Positions 1-10,111 of a stretch of DNA of 64,000 bases are shown here, piece after piece. Position 1 is the first letter of the stretch. Each line of letters opens with the position of its first letter. The notes under the pieces are model-generated. The model saw only the letters and a program-made list of their open reading frames with translations, had not been told where the DNA came from and searched no databases. Both the position numbers and the translations under genes were made by a program. Source of the stretch: Verrucomicrobiota bacterium (GTDB taxonomy: Bacteria; Verrucomicrobiota; Verrucomicrobiia; Limisphaerales; CANJXF01); NCBI GenBank assembly GCA_038214755.1, contig JBBQRQ010000001.1, positions 74,710-138,709 of the forward strand, in the 5' to 3' direction.

Positions 1-14
1 AATCGGTTCACAAA

Positions 15-1097
15 ATGAACTATGGCTTAAACATTTCTCAAAAAGGCGCGCTGGATTTCCTTTCATTGGGCGCGCTCGTTCATCGCCTGGATCCGGGCGT
101 CATCCCATTTCGCAAGGCGTCGCATTGCGACATTCATGTCAGCGGAGGCGAGTTCAACGTGGCGGCGAATTTGTCCGATTGTTTTCGACTCAAAACAGGC
201 GTCGTCAGCGCGATGGTGGATTATCCGATTGGCGATTTGATTGCAGAACGGGTTCGCGCCATGGGCGTCAAACCGTTTTACAAAAATTTCAAACACGACG
301 GCGTGCATGGCCCAAACATGGCGACGGTTTACAGTGACCGCGGCCAGGGCGTGCGCGCGCCGGTGGTTTTTTACAATCGCTGCAACGAAGCGGCCGCGCA
401 GTTGAAGCCGGGCGATTTTAATTGGAAAGAAATTTTTGACCCTGGCGTGAGGTGGTTTCATAGCGGTGGAATTTTTGCGGCGCTTTCACCGACGACGGCA
501 GAAGTAATTATAGAAGCGATGCAAGCGGCCAAAGCGGCGGGCGCGGTGACATCGTTCGATTTAAATTATCGCGCGAAACTTTGGAACATCGTCGGCGGAA
601 ATGATCGCGCCGTTTCAATTTTGGATCGCATCGTGAAGAACGTCGATGTGCTCGTCGGCAACGAAGAAGATTTGCAACTCGGCTTGGGAATTCCCGGCCC
701 GGAAGTCGCGGCAAAAGACAAGCTCGATCCGAGCGCCTTCTTCAGCATGATGGGCAACGTCACCAAAAAACATCCGCACATAAAAATCGTGGCGACCACG
801 TTGCGCGAAGTTCATTCGACGAACCGGCACAGTTGGGGCGCGGTCGCGTGGATCGATGGAAAAACTTTTGTTTCTCCGACCTGCGAATTGGATGTGATTG
901 ATCGCGTCGGCGGCGGAGACGGCTATGCCGCAGGATTTTTTTATGGCTTGCTGAAAGGTGTTTCGCCGCAAGACGCCGTGAATCTCGGCTGGGCGCACGG
1001 CGCATTGCTCACGACTTTTCCCGGCGACACGACGATGGCGACGGTGGAGCAAGTAGAAGCTTTTGCCAAAGGCGGGAGCGCGCGAATTCAGAGATGA
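15..1097 (+). CDS. kdgK: PfkB-family sugar kinase, 2-keto-3-deoxygluconate kinase-like
   Basis: GGEFNVA N-terminal motif, SFDLNYRAKLW, and DRVGGGDGYAAG PfkB anion-hole signature. Confidence 0.75.
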   Translation: MNYGLNISQKGALDFLSLGALVHRLDPGVIPFRKASHCDIHVSGGEFNVAANLSDCFRLKTGVVSAMVDYPIGDLIAERVRAMGVKPFYKNFKHDGVHGPNMATVYSDRGQGVRAPVVFYNRCNEAAAQLKPGDFNWKEIFDPGVRWFHSGGIFAALSPTTAEVIIEAMQAAKAAGAVTSFDLNYRAKLWNIVGGNDRAVSILDRIVKNVDVLVGNEEDLQLGLGIPGPEVAAKDKLDPSAFFSMMGNVTKKHPHIKIVATTLREVHSTNRHSWGAVAWIDGKTFVSPTCELDVIDRVGGGDGYAAGFFYGLLKGVSPQDAVNLGWAHGALLTTFPGDTTMATVEQVEAFAKGGSARIQR

Positions 1098-1110
1098 TTC
1101 TTTTTTTGCG

Positions 1111-1323
1111 ATGCGTTACAAATTCAAAGGCTACATTTTTCAATTCACCAGAGGTGACCATGAAGGACGGCATATCCATGTGGTCAAAGGAACGAAAAAA
1201 GTGGGCGTTTATGATCGAGTCAATGGACCGATTCGCGGCCTGGAAAGAATTTGGAACAAAGATTTGAAAGAAGGCGTTGAAAACTTTATTGATAAGTTAA
1301 ATGAAAGTGGATTTTTCCATTGA
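1111..1323 (+). CDS. DUF4160-like small protein (putative toxin)
   Basis: ATG at 1111; MRYKFKGYIFQFTRGDHEGRHIHVVKG matches the DUF4160 pattern (F..DH.P.HIHV); overlaps the next gene. Confidence 0.55.
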   Translation: MRYKFKGYIFQFTRGDHEGRHIHVVKGTKKVGVYDRVNGPIRGLERIWNKDLKEGVENFIDKLNESGFFH

Positions 1324-1627
1324 GATTGATGTCGCGGACAAAGTCTGGTTCGACGTTTCGTGTGGCAAACTTTTTATTCAAGCTCGTGATTACGTGAACG
1401 GTATTGAATTTTCAGAAATTGCTGATGAAGACTTTGAATCCAGGAGTCCGGTAGCTTCTTTTTCTCTCGGCTATTCCGGCAGCATGGTTGTTTGTCATCA
1501 CAAAGACGGCAAAGAAACGTGGTTGCCGGTGGACATGTGGGAACCCGGCGGATTCACCCCGAAGAGCAGCTTGCCTAAACGGAAGTCACCCGCCAAAACT
1601 CCACGGCTTCAAGAAGCGAAAAGTTAG
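1301..1627 (+). CDS. Hypothetical partner of DUF4160 (possibly DUF2442-like antitoxin)
   Basis: Overlaps the DUF4160-like gene; acidic 108 aa; family inferred from the pairing only. Confidence 0.4.
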   Translation: MKVDFSIEIDVADKVWFDVSCGKLFIQARDYVNGIEFSEIADEDFESRSPVASFSLGYSGSMVVCHHKDGKETWLPVDMWEPGGFTPKSSLPKRKSPAKTPRLQEAKS

Positions 1628-1764
1628 TTTTCCGCGCCTCGATTTGAAACTCTTTGTGCCGGTGGCTCGGCGCTTAATCTCCGCTGGATGTTCTCCTCGG
1701 CCGCGCGCGAATTCACGAGTAATCCCATTTGCGAAAACAGGGGCTGGTGTAGTACAAAGGTGGT

Positions 1765-1965
1765 ATGTCAGTCATTACCATTCGCCTCAAACGACCAAAG
1801 TCCGAGGTGGTCCGGGCGTCCCGTGGCAATTTAAACCAATGGATCAACGGGTTGATCGACCACGCGCTCGCGCCCCGTGAGACCGACTGGAACACGCATT
1901 TCAAAAAGGAACGGCGAAGCATCGATTACGACGCGGTGTTGAAGGCGCGCCGGGATGAGCGATGA
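1765..1965 (+). CDS. Putative RHH-like antitoxin
   Basis: 66 aa, MSVITIRL beta-strand start, ATGA overlap with the PIN gene. Confidence 0.55.
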   Translation: MSVITIRLKRPKSEVVRASRGNLNQWINGLIDHALAPRETDWNTHFKKERRSIDYDAVLKARRDER

Positions 1966-2456
1966 ATTTTGCAGATACCAACTGGCTGGCGGTTGTTTAT
2001 TTCGCAAGCCTTCCGGGAAAACCCAAGCACGCCTCCAACCGAAAAACGGTTGAGCGTTTTATGAGACTGCACGGTGGCAAGTTGGTGTTGTCACATATCG
2101 TTCTGCTGGAAGCGCGCAATATATTCTCCCGCTTAACCAATGAATCGGAACCGGAGGAATGGACCGAATTACAAAGTGATTTCAACGGTAAACTTTACGT
2201 TGACCCCATGAATTGGCATTTGCTCCGGCGCGAAACTGAATCCTTGTTCACCCGCTATTCTTGTAAAGAGTCGATCGGCTCTCTGGACGCTCTCATTGTT
2301 GCTTCCGCCAAACTCGCTGGCGCCACTCGGTTTCTTTCGTTCGATTCACTGGCGGCGGCGCTCGCTTCCGCTGAAGGTATCGAAGCTTTCCCGCCCTTAA
2401 ATTCCGAAGGCAAACGTTTCTTAAGAAATCTGACCAGATCCACTGGTCGGCGCTGA
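1962..2456 (+). CDS. vapC: PIN-domain (VapC-like) toxin
   Basis: FADTNWL, VLLEARN, SLDALIVASA and FLSFD acidic PIN residues. Confidence 0.8.
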   Translation: MNFADTNWLAVVYFASLPGKPKHASNRKTVERFMRLHGGKLVLSHIVLLEARNIFSRLTNESEPEEWTELQSDFNGKLYVDPMNWHLLRRETESLFTRYSCKESIGSLDALIVASAKLAGATRFLSFDSLAAALASAEGIEAFPPLNSEGKRFLRNLTRSTGRR

Positions 2457-2536
2457 TCGTGGGCGGATTTTGAAGCTACGCGGATACGATTTGAAAAACT
2501 TTGTCTCGCCACGTTCGCACGGCTACCTTCGGTCGC

Positions 2537-3934
2537 GTGTTTTCTTCGGAAATTAAATCCATTCACTTCGTCGGCATTTGCGGCACAGCGATGGGTTCCG
2601 CCGCTGCGGCGTTAGTCGAGAAAGGATTTCACGTTTCCGGTTCAGACCCGAATACCTATCCGCCGATCTCCACCTTTTTAGCGCAACGAAAAATCGAAGT
2701 CATGCCGACTTACGCCGAAAAAAATCTCACGCACAAACCTGATCTCGTCGTCATCGGCAACGCCATTTCCCGGGGCAATCCCGAAGCGGAAGCGGTGCTG
2801 GAAAAAAAATTGCGCTACTGTTCGTTGCCGGAATTACTCAAGGAATTTTTTATTCGCGGGAAACGTTCGCTCGTCGTCAGCGGCACTCATGGAAAAACGA
2901 CGACTACTTCGCTGCTAACGTGGGTTTTCGAGCACAACGGATTGAACCCAAGTTTTCTCATTGGCGGCATTCCGGAAAATCTCAAGCAAGGCGCGCGCTT
3001 CACCGATAGCGAATGGTTCATCATCGAAGGCGACGAATACGACACCGCGTTTTTCGACAAGCGCAGCAAGTTCGTTCATTACCTTCCCGAAGTTGCCATC
3101 ATCAACAACGTCGAATTCGATCACGCTGACATTTTTGAAAATCTGGCGGCGATCCAGCTTCAATTCAAACGCTTCATCAATTTGATTCCGCGCAACGGCT
3201 TGTTGCTCGCGAATGGCGACGATGAAAATCTCGCGCCGCTGCTCAACGTCACCCATTGCCCGGTCAAGCGATTTGGTCTCGGCGAAGCAAATGCGTTTCG
3301 CGCGTTCAATTTAAAATTCGGCGCGACGGCCACTGAGTTTGAAATCCCCAGCTTCAAATTTCATCTCAATCTCCTCGGCGAATTGAATGTGCGGAACGCC
3401 CTCGCGGTTGTCGCGGCGGCCAAACATTGCGGACTTTCCAACAAACAAATTCAGTCGGCGTTCGATGCGTTCAAAGGAATCAAGCGTCGCATGGAAGTGC
3501 GCGGTATCGCCGGCGGCGTCACTGTGCTCGATGATTTCGGCCATCATCCGACGGCCATTCGCGAGACGTTGCGCGCATTGCGTTTCAAATATCCCACTCA
3601 AAAAATCTGGGCGATCTTCGAGCCGCGCACCAATACGACGCGCCGGAATATTTTTCAAAAAGAATTGGCCGAAGCCTTTGCCCAGGCCGACGCCATTGTC
3701 GTTTCGCAAATCGCGCGACTGGAATTGCTCCGACCGGAAGAACGCCTTGACCCAGCGAAGCTGATGCAGGATTTGCAAGCGAGCGGCAAACCGGCGGCAT
3801 ATTTGCCCGACGTGGAGTCCATCGTCGCGCATGTGAAAAAAGGCGCGTCGGGCGGAGATGTCATTTGCGTTTTTAGCAATGGCGGCTTCGGGGACATTCA
3901 TAACAAGCTGCTGGCGCAGTTGGGTCGGAAGTAA
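2537..3934 (+). CDS. mpl: UDP-N-acetylmuramate:L-alanyl-gamma-D-glutamyl-meso-diaminopimelate ligase
   Basis: HFVGICGTAMGS, GTHGKTTT, EGDEYDTAFFDKRSKF, DDFGHHPT; GTG start at 2537 preferred. Confidence 0.9.
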   Translation: MFSSEIKSIHFVGICGTAMGSAAAALVEKGFHVSGSDPNTYPPISTFLAQRKIEVMPTYAEKNLTHKPDLVVIGNAISRGNPEAEAVLEKKLRYCSLPELLKEFFIRGKRSLVVSGTHGKTTTTSLLTWVFEHNGLNPSFLIGGIPENLKQGARFTDSEWFIIEGDEYDTAFFDKRSKFVHYLPEVAIINNVEFDHADIFENLAAIQLQFKRFINLIPRNGLLLANGDDENLAPLLNVTHCPVKRFGLGEANAFRAFNLKFGATATEFEIPSFKFHLNLLGELNVRNALAVVAAAKHCGLSNKQIQSAFDAFKGIKRRMEVRGIAGGVTVLDDFGHHPTAIRETLRALRFKYPTQKIWAIFEPRTNTTRRNIFQKELAEAFAQADAIVVSQIARLELLRPEERLDPAKLMQDLQASGKPAAYLPDVESIVAHVKKGASGGDVICVFSNGGFGDIHNKLLAQLGRK

Positions 3935-3944
3935 TTTGGCCGAG

Positions 3945-4285
3945 ATGAAACTGCCTGACGGAAATCGCGCCTTTGTCGATATGCGCAAACTTCACTTCTA
4001 CTGCCTCGACCCGTTCAGTCCGAAAGGCCGAAACAAAGCCCGGGTCTTTACCGCCATTCTCGGATTGAGGCAACCGATGCGAAATTTTTGCGCGATCCTT
4101 TGCTCACGGCGGCCGCCGAAAATGATTGTGAAGCTGGGGAAGCGGATGACTACGGGCAACGATACACTTTGGATTCAACACTCAGCGCTGGATTGGGGAC
4201 CCACAAAATTCGCAGTGGCTGGATTGTGCGCCATAATGAAAATTTTCCACGACTTACGACCTGTTATGTTTTAAAGTTCAAATGA
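3945..4285 (+). pseudogene. DUF6883-like protein, frameshifted
   Basis: MKLPDGNRAFVDMRKLHFYCLDPFSPKGRNKARVF continues in another frame as LRDPLL...YGQRY...RSGWIVRHNENFPRLTTCYV; 1-nt loss near 4068-4070. Confidence 0.7.
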
Positions 4286-4525
4286 ATGAAAGCTAAAGCG
4301 ATTAAACTTTTAGACACGGTGGCGCTGCTTGAAAACATCCAGGCGCGGAAGCTGCGCGAGGGTGAAGTCGGCACCGTTGTTGAACTGCTGGGCGACGACG
4401 TTTACGAGGTGGAATTTTCCGATGAGGATGGTCAAACCTACGCGCAGTTTGCTCTTCGCGCCGATCAACTCATGCCGCTGCACAGCCAGGGCAAATCATG
4501 GCGCATGGCCTCCGTTGAAGCTTGA
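4286..4525 (+). CDS. DUF4926-domain protein
   Basis: LLDTVALLE...GEVGTVVELL...YEVEFSDEDGQTYA, typical of DUF4926; abuts the DUF6883-like gene. Confidence 0.8.
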   Translation: MKAKAIKLLDTVALLENIQARKLREGEVGTVVELLGDDVYEVEFSDEDGQTYAQFALRADQLMPLHSQGKSWRMASVEA

Positions 4526-4567
4526 TTCCCGTCAAGAACTGCGACGTAATTTCACAACAGGAGCAAC

Positions 4568-4812
4568 CTCACCGAAATCATTTTTGAAGTTCGCGAGGAC
4601 GAAATTGACGGCGGCTTTAATGCGAAGGCGTTGGGTCCCTCGATTTTCACGCAGGGCGATACGATGGAGGAACTCCGCACGATGGTGAAAGAGGCAGTCG
4701 CTTGCCATTTTGAAACTGAACCGCCTCAGATTATTCGCCTTCATTTTGTGCGTGACGAGATTCTAAGCGCGTGAAAATTCCGCGCGATTGCAGCGGACAA
4801 CGGGGAAAATAA
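4568..4812 (+). pseudogene. HicB-like gene lacking a start codon plus truncated HicA-like N-terminus
   Basis: Not in the ORF track. 4568-4774 reads LTEIIFEVREDEIDGGFNAKALGPSIFTQGDTMEELRTMVKEAVACHF...IIRLHFVRDEILSA* after AGGAG, with CTC where ATG is expected. GTGA overlap to MKIPRDCSG, which stops after 13 codons. Confidence 0.65.
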
Positions 4813-4835
4813 ATTTGATTTCTCAGAGTTGTTCA

Positions 4836-4864
4836 CGCACCCGCCGGAGGCAGATGCTACCCCG
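4836..4864. repeat. REP-like family A, single copy
   Basis: CGCACCCGCCGGAGGCAGATGCTACCCC; the same unit is at 14202, 14326, 30113, 30278, 33231, 33268, 57021 and 57150. Confidence 0.85.
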
Positions 4865-4865
4865 G

Positions 4866-7181
4866 TTAATGTTTCGACAGAGCGGCGGAGGGCACTCGAT
4901 GGATGGTGTTGTAAATCTCCTGCTTGAGCGCCGTGCCGTCGGCGGCGGAAACGTTGTATTTAATTTTCATCTGCATGACGGGTTTCAAATCGGGAATTTC
5001 CAACGTCACTGTTTTTTTATCCGCCGAAAGTTTGACCGATTTAATTTCCACCGGGTCGTGAGTTTTTTCCTCGGGGTTTTTGATGGAGAATTCCGGTGAA
5101 CCATAGTTGGCGGTCCACTTGTAAGCCCATTGTTCGATTCCATAATTCTCCGGGTCAGCGGCGGAGGCACTGTCCAGCGGTGAGGTAAAAGTGAGTTCAA
5201 GACCGGTTGGTTTCACGTGAAGTTCGCTCGGCATGTTCACCGTTTTTCCGGTGTAGCGGACACGATGAAACGCTCCTTCTTTTCCCGCATTCGATTGCCA
5301 CACCGAAAGTCCGCACAAATAAAGTTGCCCATCGCGCTTGCTGAATCGGCCCCGCATAATTCCCGACTCAAACTTCAATGGGAAACGCACCACGCCCGCC
5401 TGCGGCTGGCCATCGACTTCCTCCGACATCACTTCGAAGAGCGAACAAGTTCCGTAGGACAGGTGGAGCAGGTGGTTTTTGAACGGCCCCCATTTGTCGC
5501 TCGTCACCCAGACCTGGCCGCCGCTGGAATTATCGATGTTGTTGTTGTGCGGGATCCAGAGAAGCGGTTTGTCGTAATCGGTCGGAGGCTTTTCAGTGTG
5601 GGAAGTGAAAACGTGGCCCAAAAATTTTCCAGGCTTCACCAGATTGATGCGCGAGGCCGGAACCCAATTGCCTTCGTTGTCGGCGATGGTGATTTCGTCG
5701 TGCGGTCCAACACTCAAACCGTTGGGCGCCCGCAGACCAGTGGCAACGACTTCCATTTTACCACCGTCTTTTGAAACTTTGAGCAACGTGCCTTGATGTG
5801 GCGTGACCGCTTCATGAAGATCGCCGCCTTTTGTAAAATAAAAATTTCCTTTTGAATCCGTTTCCAGGTTCAGCGCGAACTCGTGGTAGCGCGACGTAAT
5901 GAAAACGTCGTTGTTAAAATTTTCATAAAAATCCGCTTCGCCGTCGCTGTTCAAGTCGTGGAGGCGCGTGATCTGATCGCGGCCAGTAATGTAAATTTTG
6001 TCGTTCACGATTTTCAGACCGAGCGGCTGGAAGAGTCCGGTGGCAAAACGTTTCCAGGTGAGCTTGTCCCATTTCTCGTCGATGCCGCTGACGATCCAAA
6101 CGTCACCGCTGACGGAGCAAAGCGCGGCTCGGCCATCGGAAAAAAAATCGAAGCCGCTCGGACGAATCCACGATTTCCACGGATTATTTTCGGGCAGAGT
6201 CAGAGTATCGACCTGATATGGACCGTCTTCTTTGCCGAGCGTGCCTTTGGTCGCGAGCGGTTCGCCCCAACGCGTTGGCCCGCCCTGGCAAAGCGATTTT
6301 AAATTCGCAATTTTCGGCTTGGCGCTCAGGAATGTTTTAAATCTCGTGAGATTTGGTTTTGCGCCTGAGCAAATAAGAATTTTGAACGAAAGATTTTTCT
6401 TCGATTTCGGCAAAACAAGAACAACGCGATCTTTGTCGCGGATGTCCCACGCCGTTTCCGCTGGCGCGCCAACAAATGCTGCGGAAAGAAATGTTTCGTT
6501 AGATGCGCCGGAATTTGAAGTCAGCACAACACAATCGTTTTCCAGGTGCGCACTTGCTTTTGGGTTTTCGCAAACGAGTAATGACATCGGTCCCTCGGAA
6601 TTTTCGATTTGGAAGGTGCGGCTGAAAATTTTTAGGCCATTGGTATTTTCCACGTCGGGCATCTCCAGCACGTCACTTTTGCCGACGGTGTAGGAAAGAA
6701 TGACCTGCTCGCCGTGTAGGTAGAGTCCTTTGTAATGCGCCCAATCTTTGGGCAACGAACCGTAGGGAACATCCGCTGGTTTCTGTTGGAAATTTTCATG
6801 GCTGTTGTCCCAACGCATTGGTCGCGGGTCCGCGAAACTTCCGTCCTTCGCCCAGCCGGGAAGATTTGGCGTCCAAAAGACAGGCGTGCCGATTGGCTCT
6901 GGGATTCCTTCCAAGCCGCCGCGACCGGATGGCAATTTCAAAAATCCGCCCGTCCAGCCCATTGTCATGCGCAACAGTTCTGTGTCGAAACAAACCGACG
7001 CTTCATTGGTTTCACCGAGCTTGATGGAGATGGCTTTGAGCGCAGGAAATTTTCCGGCGAATCCGCAGGTAAAAAACGGGCCGGTGTCCATCACGTCCCA
7101 TTTGGTTCCCGTTTCTTCTCCCGGAGAGGAATGGGCCAAGGTAAAGAGACTCGCGCTAAGTAACAGAATTATTTTTCGCAT
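4866..7181 (-). CDS. Secreted DUF6797-like / glucose-sorbosone dehydrogenase-like beta-propeller protein (PVC type)
   Basis: Signal peptide MRKIILLLSAS at 7181; FDTELLR, WKRFATGLFQPLGL, ATGLRAPNG, DNEGNWVP. The longer ORF start lies in a repeat. Confidence 0.7.
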   Translation of the reverse strand: MRKIILLLSASLFTLAHSSPGEETGTKWDVMDTGPFFTCGFAGKFPALKAISIKLGETNEASVCFDTELLRMTMGWTGGFLKLPSGRGGLEGIPEPIGTPVFWTPNLPGWAKDGSFADPRPMRWDNSHENFQQKPADVPYGSLPKDWAHYKGLYLHGEQVILSYTVGKSDVLEMPDVENTNGLKIFSRTFQIENSEGPMSLLVCENPKASAHLENDCVVLTSNSGASNETFLSAAFVGAPAETAWDIRDKDRVVLVLPKSKKNLSFKILICSGAKPNLTRFKTFLSAKPKIANLKSLCQGGPTRWGEPLATKGTLGKEDGPYQVDTLTLPENNPWKSWIRPSGFDFFSDGRAALCSVSGDVWIVSGIDEKWDKLTWKRFATGLFQPLGLKIVNDKIYITGRDQITRLHDLNSDGEADFYENFNNDVFITSRYHEFALNLETDSKGNFYFTKGGDLHEAVTPHQGTLLKVSKDGGKMEVVATGLRAPNGLSVGPHDEITIADNEGNWVPASRINLVKPGKFLGHVFTSHTEKPPTDYDKPLLWIPHNNNIDNSSGGQVWVTSDKWGPFKNHLLHLSYGTCSLFEVMSEEVDGQPQAGVVRFPLKFESGIMRGRFSKRDGQLYLCGLSVWQSNAGKEGAFHRVRYTGKTVNMPSELHVKPTGLELTFTSPLDSASAADPENYGIEQWAYKWTANYGSPEFSIKNPEEKTHDPVEIKSVKLSADKKTVTLEIPDLKPVMQMKIKYNVSAADGTALKQEIYNTIHRVPSAALSKH

Positions 7182-7237
7182 GGTAAAAACTTCAATTACC
7201 GTTCGCGCGAATTGGATGCGAGTCAAAACTGCTGGAA

Positions 7238-7354
7238 CGTAGCGCAGGTTTTCAACCTGCCGTATCGCGGGTTTGCAACCCGCTGGATCTCGCCCATAGA
7301 GGTGCCCTGCCGATTGCAAATCGGCGATACAGCAGCTTGCAAAGCTGCGCTACG
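7238..7354. repeat. REPIN-like family C inverted pair
   Basis: CGTAGCGCAGGTTTTCAACCTGCCGTATCGC ... GCGATACAGCAGCTTGCAAAGCTGCGCTACG. Confidence 0.8.
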
Positions 7355-7403
7355 GCGGAAGGTTTTCGCTTGGAGTATGACTTGAAATTACTAATGTTCT
7401 TTT

Positions 7404-8309
7404 ATGAAGTTCCGCACGTTTAAATTTATTTCGCTTTGTTCTCTCGCCGTTTTGTTGGCGGCTCCAACAACTTTTGCCGACGCAAAAACAAAACGCATTT
7501 TGTTTTTCTCGAAATCTTCCGGCTACGAACATTCGGTGATCAAAAAGACGAATGATCTTCCGAGTTTTGCTGAAAATATTTTGAAAGAGCTCGGCGCGAA
7601 AAATAATATCGAGTTCACCTTCACGAAGGATGGGCGACTGTTCACGCCGGAAAATTTGGCGAAATATGACGCCTTCTTTTTTTACACGACGGGGGATTTG
7701 ACCGAGGAAGGCAAAGATAAAAATCCGCCGATGTCCGTGGAAGGCAAAGCGGCATTTCTCGACGCCATAAAAAAAGGAAAGGGGTTCATCGGCACTCACA
7801 GCGCGACGGACACTTTTCATTCTCCCGGCAACAAAGAACATGGCGAGGCGCGCTACAAAGACGACGGCGAGTACGCGGATCCTTACATCAAGATGATTGG
7901 AGCGGAATTCATCAAGCACGGCTCGCAGCAAACGTCGCAAATGATTTGCGCGGATAAAAAGTTTCCCGGCCTGAGCGCGGTCAAATCCGATTTTGCACCG
8001 ATGGAAGAATGGTATTCGTTAAAAGATTTCGCGACGAATCTGCACGTGTTGCTGATTCAAGAGACGGCAGGAATGAAAGGGAACGTTTACCAACGCCCAC
8101 CGTATCCAGCGACGTGGGCCAGGATGCATGGGAAGGGCCGCGTTTTTTATACTTCAATGGGACATCGTGAGGACGTTTGGACAAACCCCGTTTTCCAGGA
8201 AGTTCTAGCGGGTGGAATTAATTGGGCTGTCCGGAATGTTGACGCGGATGTCAAACCGAACATTGATAAAGCGACACCAAAAGCCAACCAACTGCCGGCC
8301 GCCGAGTAA
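7404..8309 (+). CDS. ThuA-like (trehalose utilization / class I GATase-like) secreted protein
   Basis: Signal peptide; ILFFSKSSGYEHS, GFIGTHSATD, EEWY, GKGRVFYTSMGH. Confidence 0.85.
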   Translation: MKFRTFKFISLCSLAVLLAAPTTFADAKTKRILFFSKSSGYEHSVIKKTNDLPSFAENILKELGAKNNIEFTFTKDGRLFTPENLAKYDAFFFYTTGDLTEEGKDKNPPMSVEGKAAFLDAIKKGKGFIGTHSATDTFHSPGNKEHGEARYKDDGEYADPYIKMIGAEFIKHGSQQTSQMICADKKFPGLSAVKSDFAPMEEWYSLKDFATNLHVLLIQETAGMKGNVYQRPPYPATWARMHGKGRVFYTSMGHREDVWTNPVFQEVLAGGINWAVRNVDADVKPNIDKATPKANQLPAAE

Positions 8310-8321
8310 TTTCTGGGCGGT

Positions 8322-9077
8322 TCAATAAAAAGCGTAGTTCGTGCGCCCCGCCTCGGTCACGGCCCATAAATTTATTTTTGGTCCGACAGACTTCCATGTC
8401 TTGATGAACCGAACACTCTGATCGACGAAGTTATAGTCAGAACCGGTTCCCACCGAGTGGCGCGCTTGATTTAATTGATCGTAATCGTTGCCTTTGCCCT
8501 CTTCCAAATCCATGAAGTAATGGAAGGAATTATTTTCATCCACGTTTTTCTTTTCCCCAAAGGCGATGGTCTCGGAAGGATATTTGACCGCATTTTCTGG
8601 CATCGCTCGCCCGACGATTGCGTCCATCGTGAAGCTGGCGCCCATCGCTTCCTTGAGGTAATCATTCCAACCGTTGAAAATATAAGTGCGGGGCGAAGCA
8701 TCGGCGGCATTGACACTCTCCCGCACGGTGGGCGGCGTGTTGGGGCCATCGCTTGGACAGCGAAGGATTTTTACATCACGGTAAGTGTCGCGGAGGCGTC
8801 CCGGCCAGCGAGGGTTGTTGGCTTCACCAATCGTTCGAGGACAATAAACATCGCGATTGTCGCTGGCGTAAATATTCAACGACAGTCCAAGCTGTCGCAA
8901 ATTGTTGACGCAGGAAATTCGTTTCGCGGTTTCTTTGGCGCGAGCCAAGCCGGGCAATAACATTCCAGCCAGGATGGCGATGATGGCGATAACCACCAGG
9001 AGTTCGATTAAAGTGAATGCATATTTTGCAGAGGATGGTTCAACCCTTGCCGCAAATGGTTCGGTCATTTTTTTCAT
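8322..9077 (-). CDS. Prepilin-type N-terminal cleavage/methylation protein with H-X9-DG-like C-terminus
   Basis: [38 protein letters not shown]...[18 protein letters not shown] before ATG 9077. Confidence 0.85.
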   Translation of the reverse strand: MKKMTEPFAARVEPSSAKYAFTLIELLVVIAIIAILAGMLLPGLARAKETAKRISCVNNLRQLGLSLNIYASDNRDVYCPRTIGEANNPRWPGRLRDTYRDVKILRCPSDGPNTPPTVRESVNAADASPRTYIFNGWNDYLKEAMGASFTMDAIVGRAMPENAVKYPSETIAFGEKKNVDENNSFHYFMDLEEGKGNDYDQLNQARHSVGTGSDYNFVDQSVRFIKTWKSVGPKINLWAVTEAGRTNYAFY

Positions 9078-9172
9078 ATGTCCTTTATTGCCTCGCTCGG
9101 AAAAGGAATTTCCATTCCAATCAAAAATTAAATCGAATATTTTTTGAGTCGAGGGGGTCATTCTAGCTTGGC

Positions 9173-9616
9173 TTGATGAAAAACCGAACAAAATTTTTGA
9201 TTTTTGCCGCAGTCATTTTGGGCGCGGTTTACATCTACCGGTTCACTGACTGGTTCGCGGAAAAAAAAATTCAAATAAAATATCGGAGCCTGGCGGAGCG
9301 CGGCGCGGCCAATACCGTCGAGCCGATTACTTTTTATCTCGAAAGGGAATATCCAATGACCTCGTTGGAGGTGATTTCTCTGGCCGATGCCGCGACCAAT
9401 AAATATCCGCACGCTCTGTGGCATTTGGTTGCGGCCAGCAATGCGGTGCCGGTGACCGATTTCCTCTACGGCCAAAACGTTCCCGGAATGAAACCGAAGA
9501 TCGCAGGCGTGGCGCCGGAGCCATTGGAGCCAAATAAGCGTTACCGAATTCTTTTGGAGACGACGACGATCAAGGGCGAAAAAGATTTCCAGCCGCGCGC
9601 AAAAAGCGTGAAGTGA
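9173..9616 (+). CDS. Hypothetical N-terminally anchored protein (paralog 1)
   Basis: Hydrophobic N-terminus; shares TNKYPHA.WHL...SN.VP...YG..V.GMKP.I...EPL.PN with the next gene. Confidence 0.75.
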   Translation: MMKNRTKFLIFAAVILGAVYIYRFTDWFAEKKIQIKYRSLAERGAANTVEPITFYLEREYPMTSLEVISLADAATNKYPHALWHLVAASNAVPVTDFLYGQNVPGMKPKIAGVAPEPLEPNKRYRILLETTTIKGEKDFQPRAKSVK

Positions 9617-9658
9617 TTTGTAACGAAGGTCCGGCTCGCGGCGTCAACTGCGTTGGTT

Positions 9659-10108
9659 ATGTCAAAAAAAAATATTGCTCTGATCCTCGTCCTCCTGGCG
9701 TTGGGCACAATTTACGTTTTCAATTTCACCAATCTTTTTCGCGAGCCGAAAATTGAAATCACCACCAGGGTCCGTCCGCAGTTTACGCGCCGCGGAAGAG
9801 GCAATGCGCCACCGCCTCCTGCGGCCAATTCGATTTCGTTTTTTTTAAATGGCAAATACCAATTGACCTCGGTGAAGGTGGTGGAGGAGAGCGATTTTAA
9901 GACTAACAAATATCCACACGCCATCTGGCATTTGATTTCGGAAAGTAATTCTGTTCCGACTAAGGCGATTTTTTATGGAATGACCGTGGCGGGAATGAAA
10001 CCGGAAATTGAAAAGACAAAAGCCGAACCGCTGCAGCCGAACGTTCCATATGTTTTGTTGGTGGAGGCTGGAGATTTGAAAGGCCAGAGCACTTTCCGCA
10101 TCCGCTAG
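9659..10108 (+). CDS. Hypothetical N-terminally anchored protein (paralog 2)
   Basis: Clear paralog of 9173-9616. Confidence 0.75.
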   Translation: MSKKNIALILVLLALGTIYVFNFTNLFREPKIEITTRVRPQFTRRGRGNAPPPPAANSISFFLNGKYQLTSVKVVEESDFKTNKYPHAIWHLISESNSVPTKAIFYGMTVAGMKPEIEKTKAEPLQPNVPYVLLVEAGDLKGQSTFRIR

Positions 10109-10111
10109 AAA

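Noticed and set aside
7182..7319. Extended N-termini in the ORF track (also 56972-57055, 46452-46595, 24143-24292)
   Set aside because: The extensions run through repeats or intergenic DNA; downstream starts match signal peptides or family N-termini.
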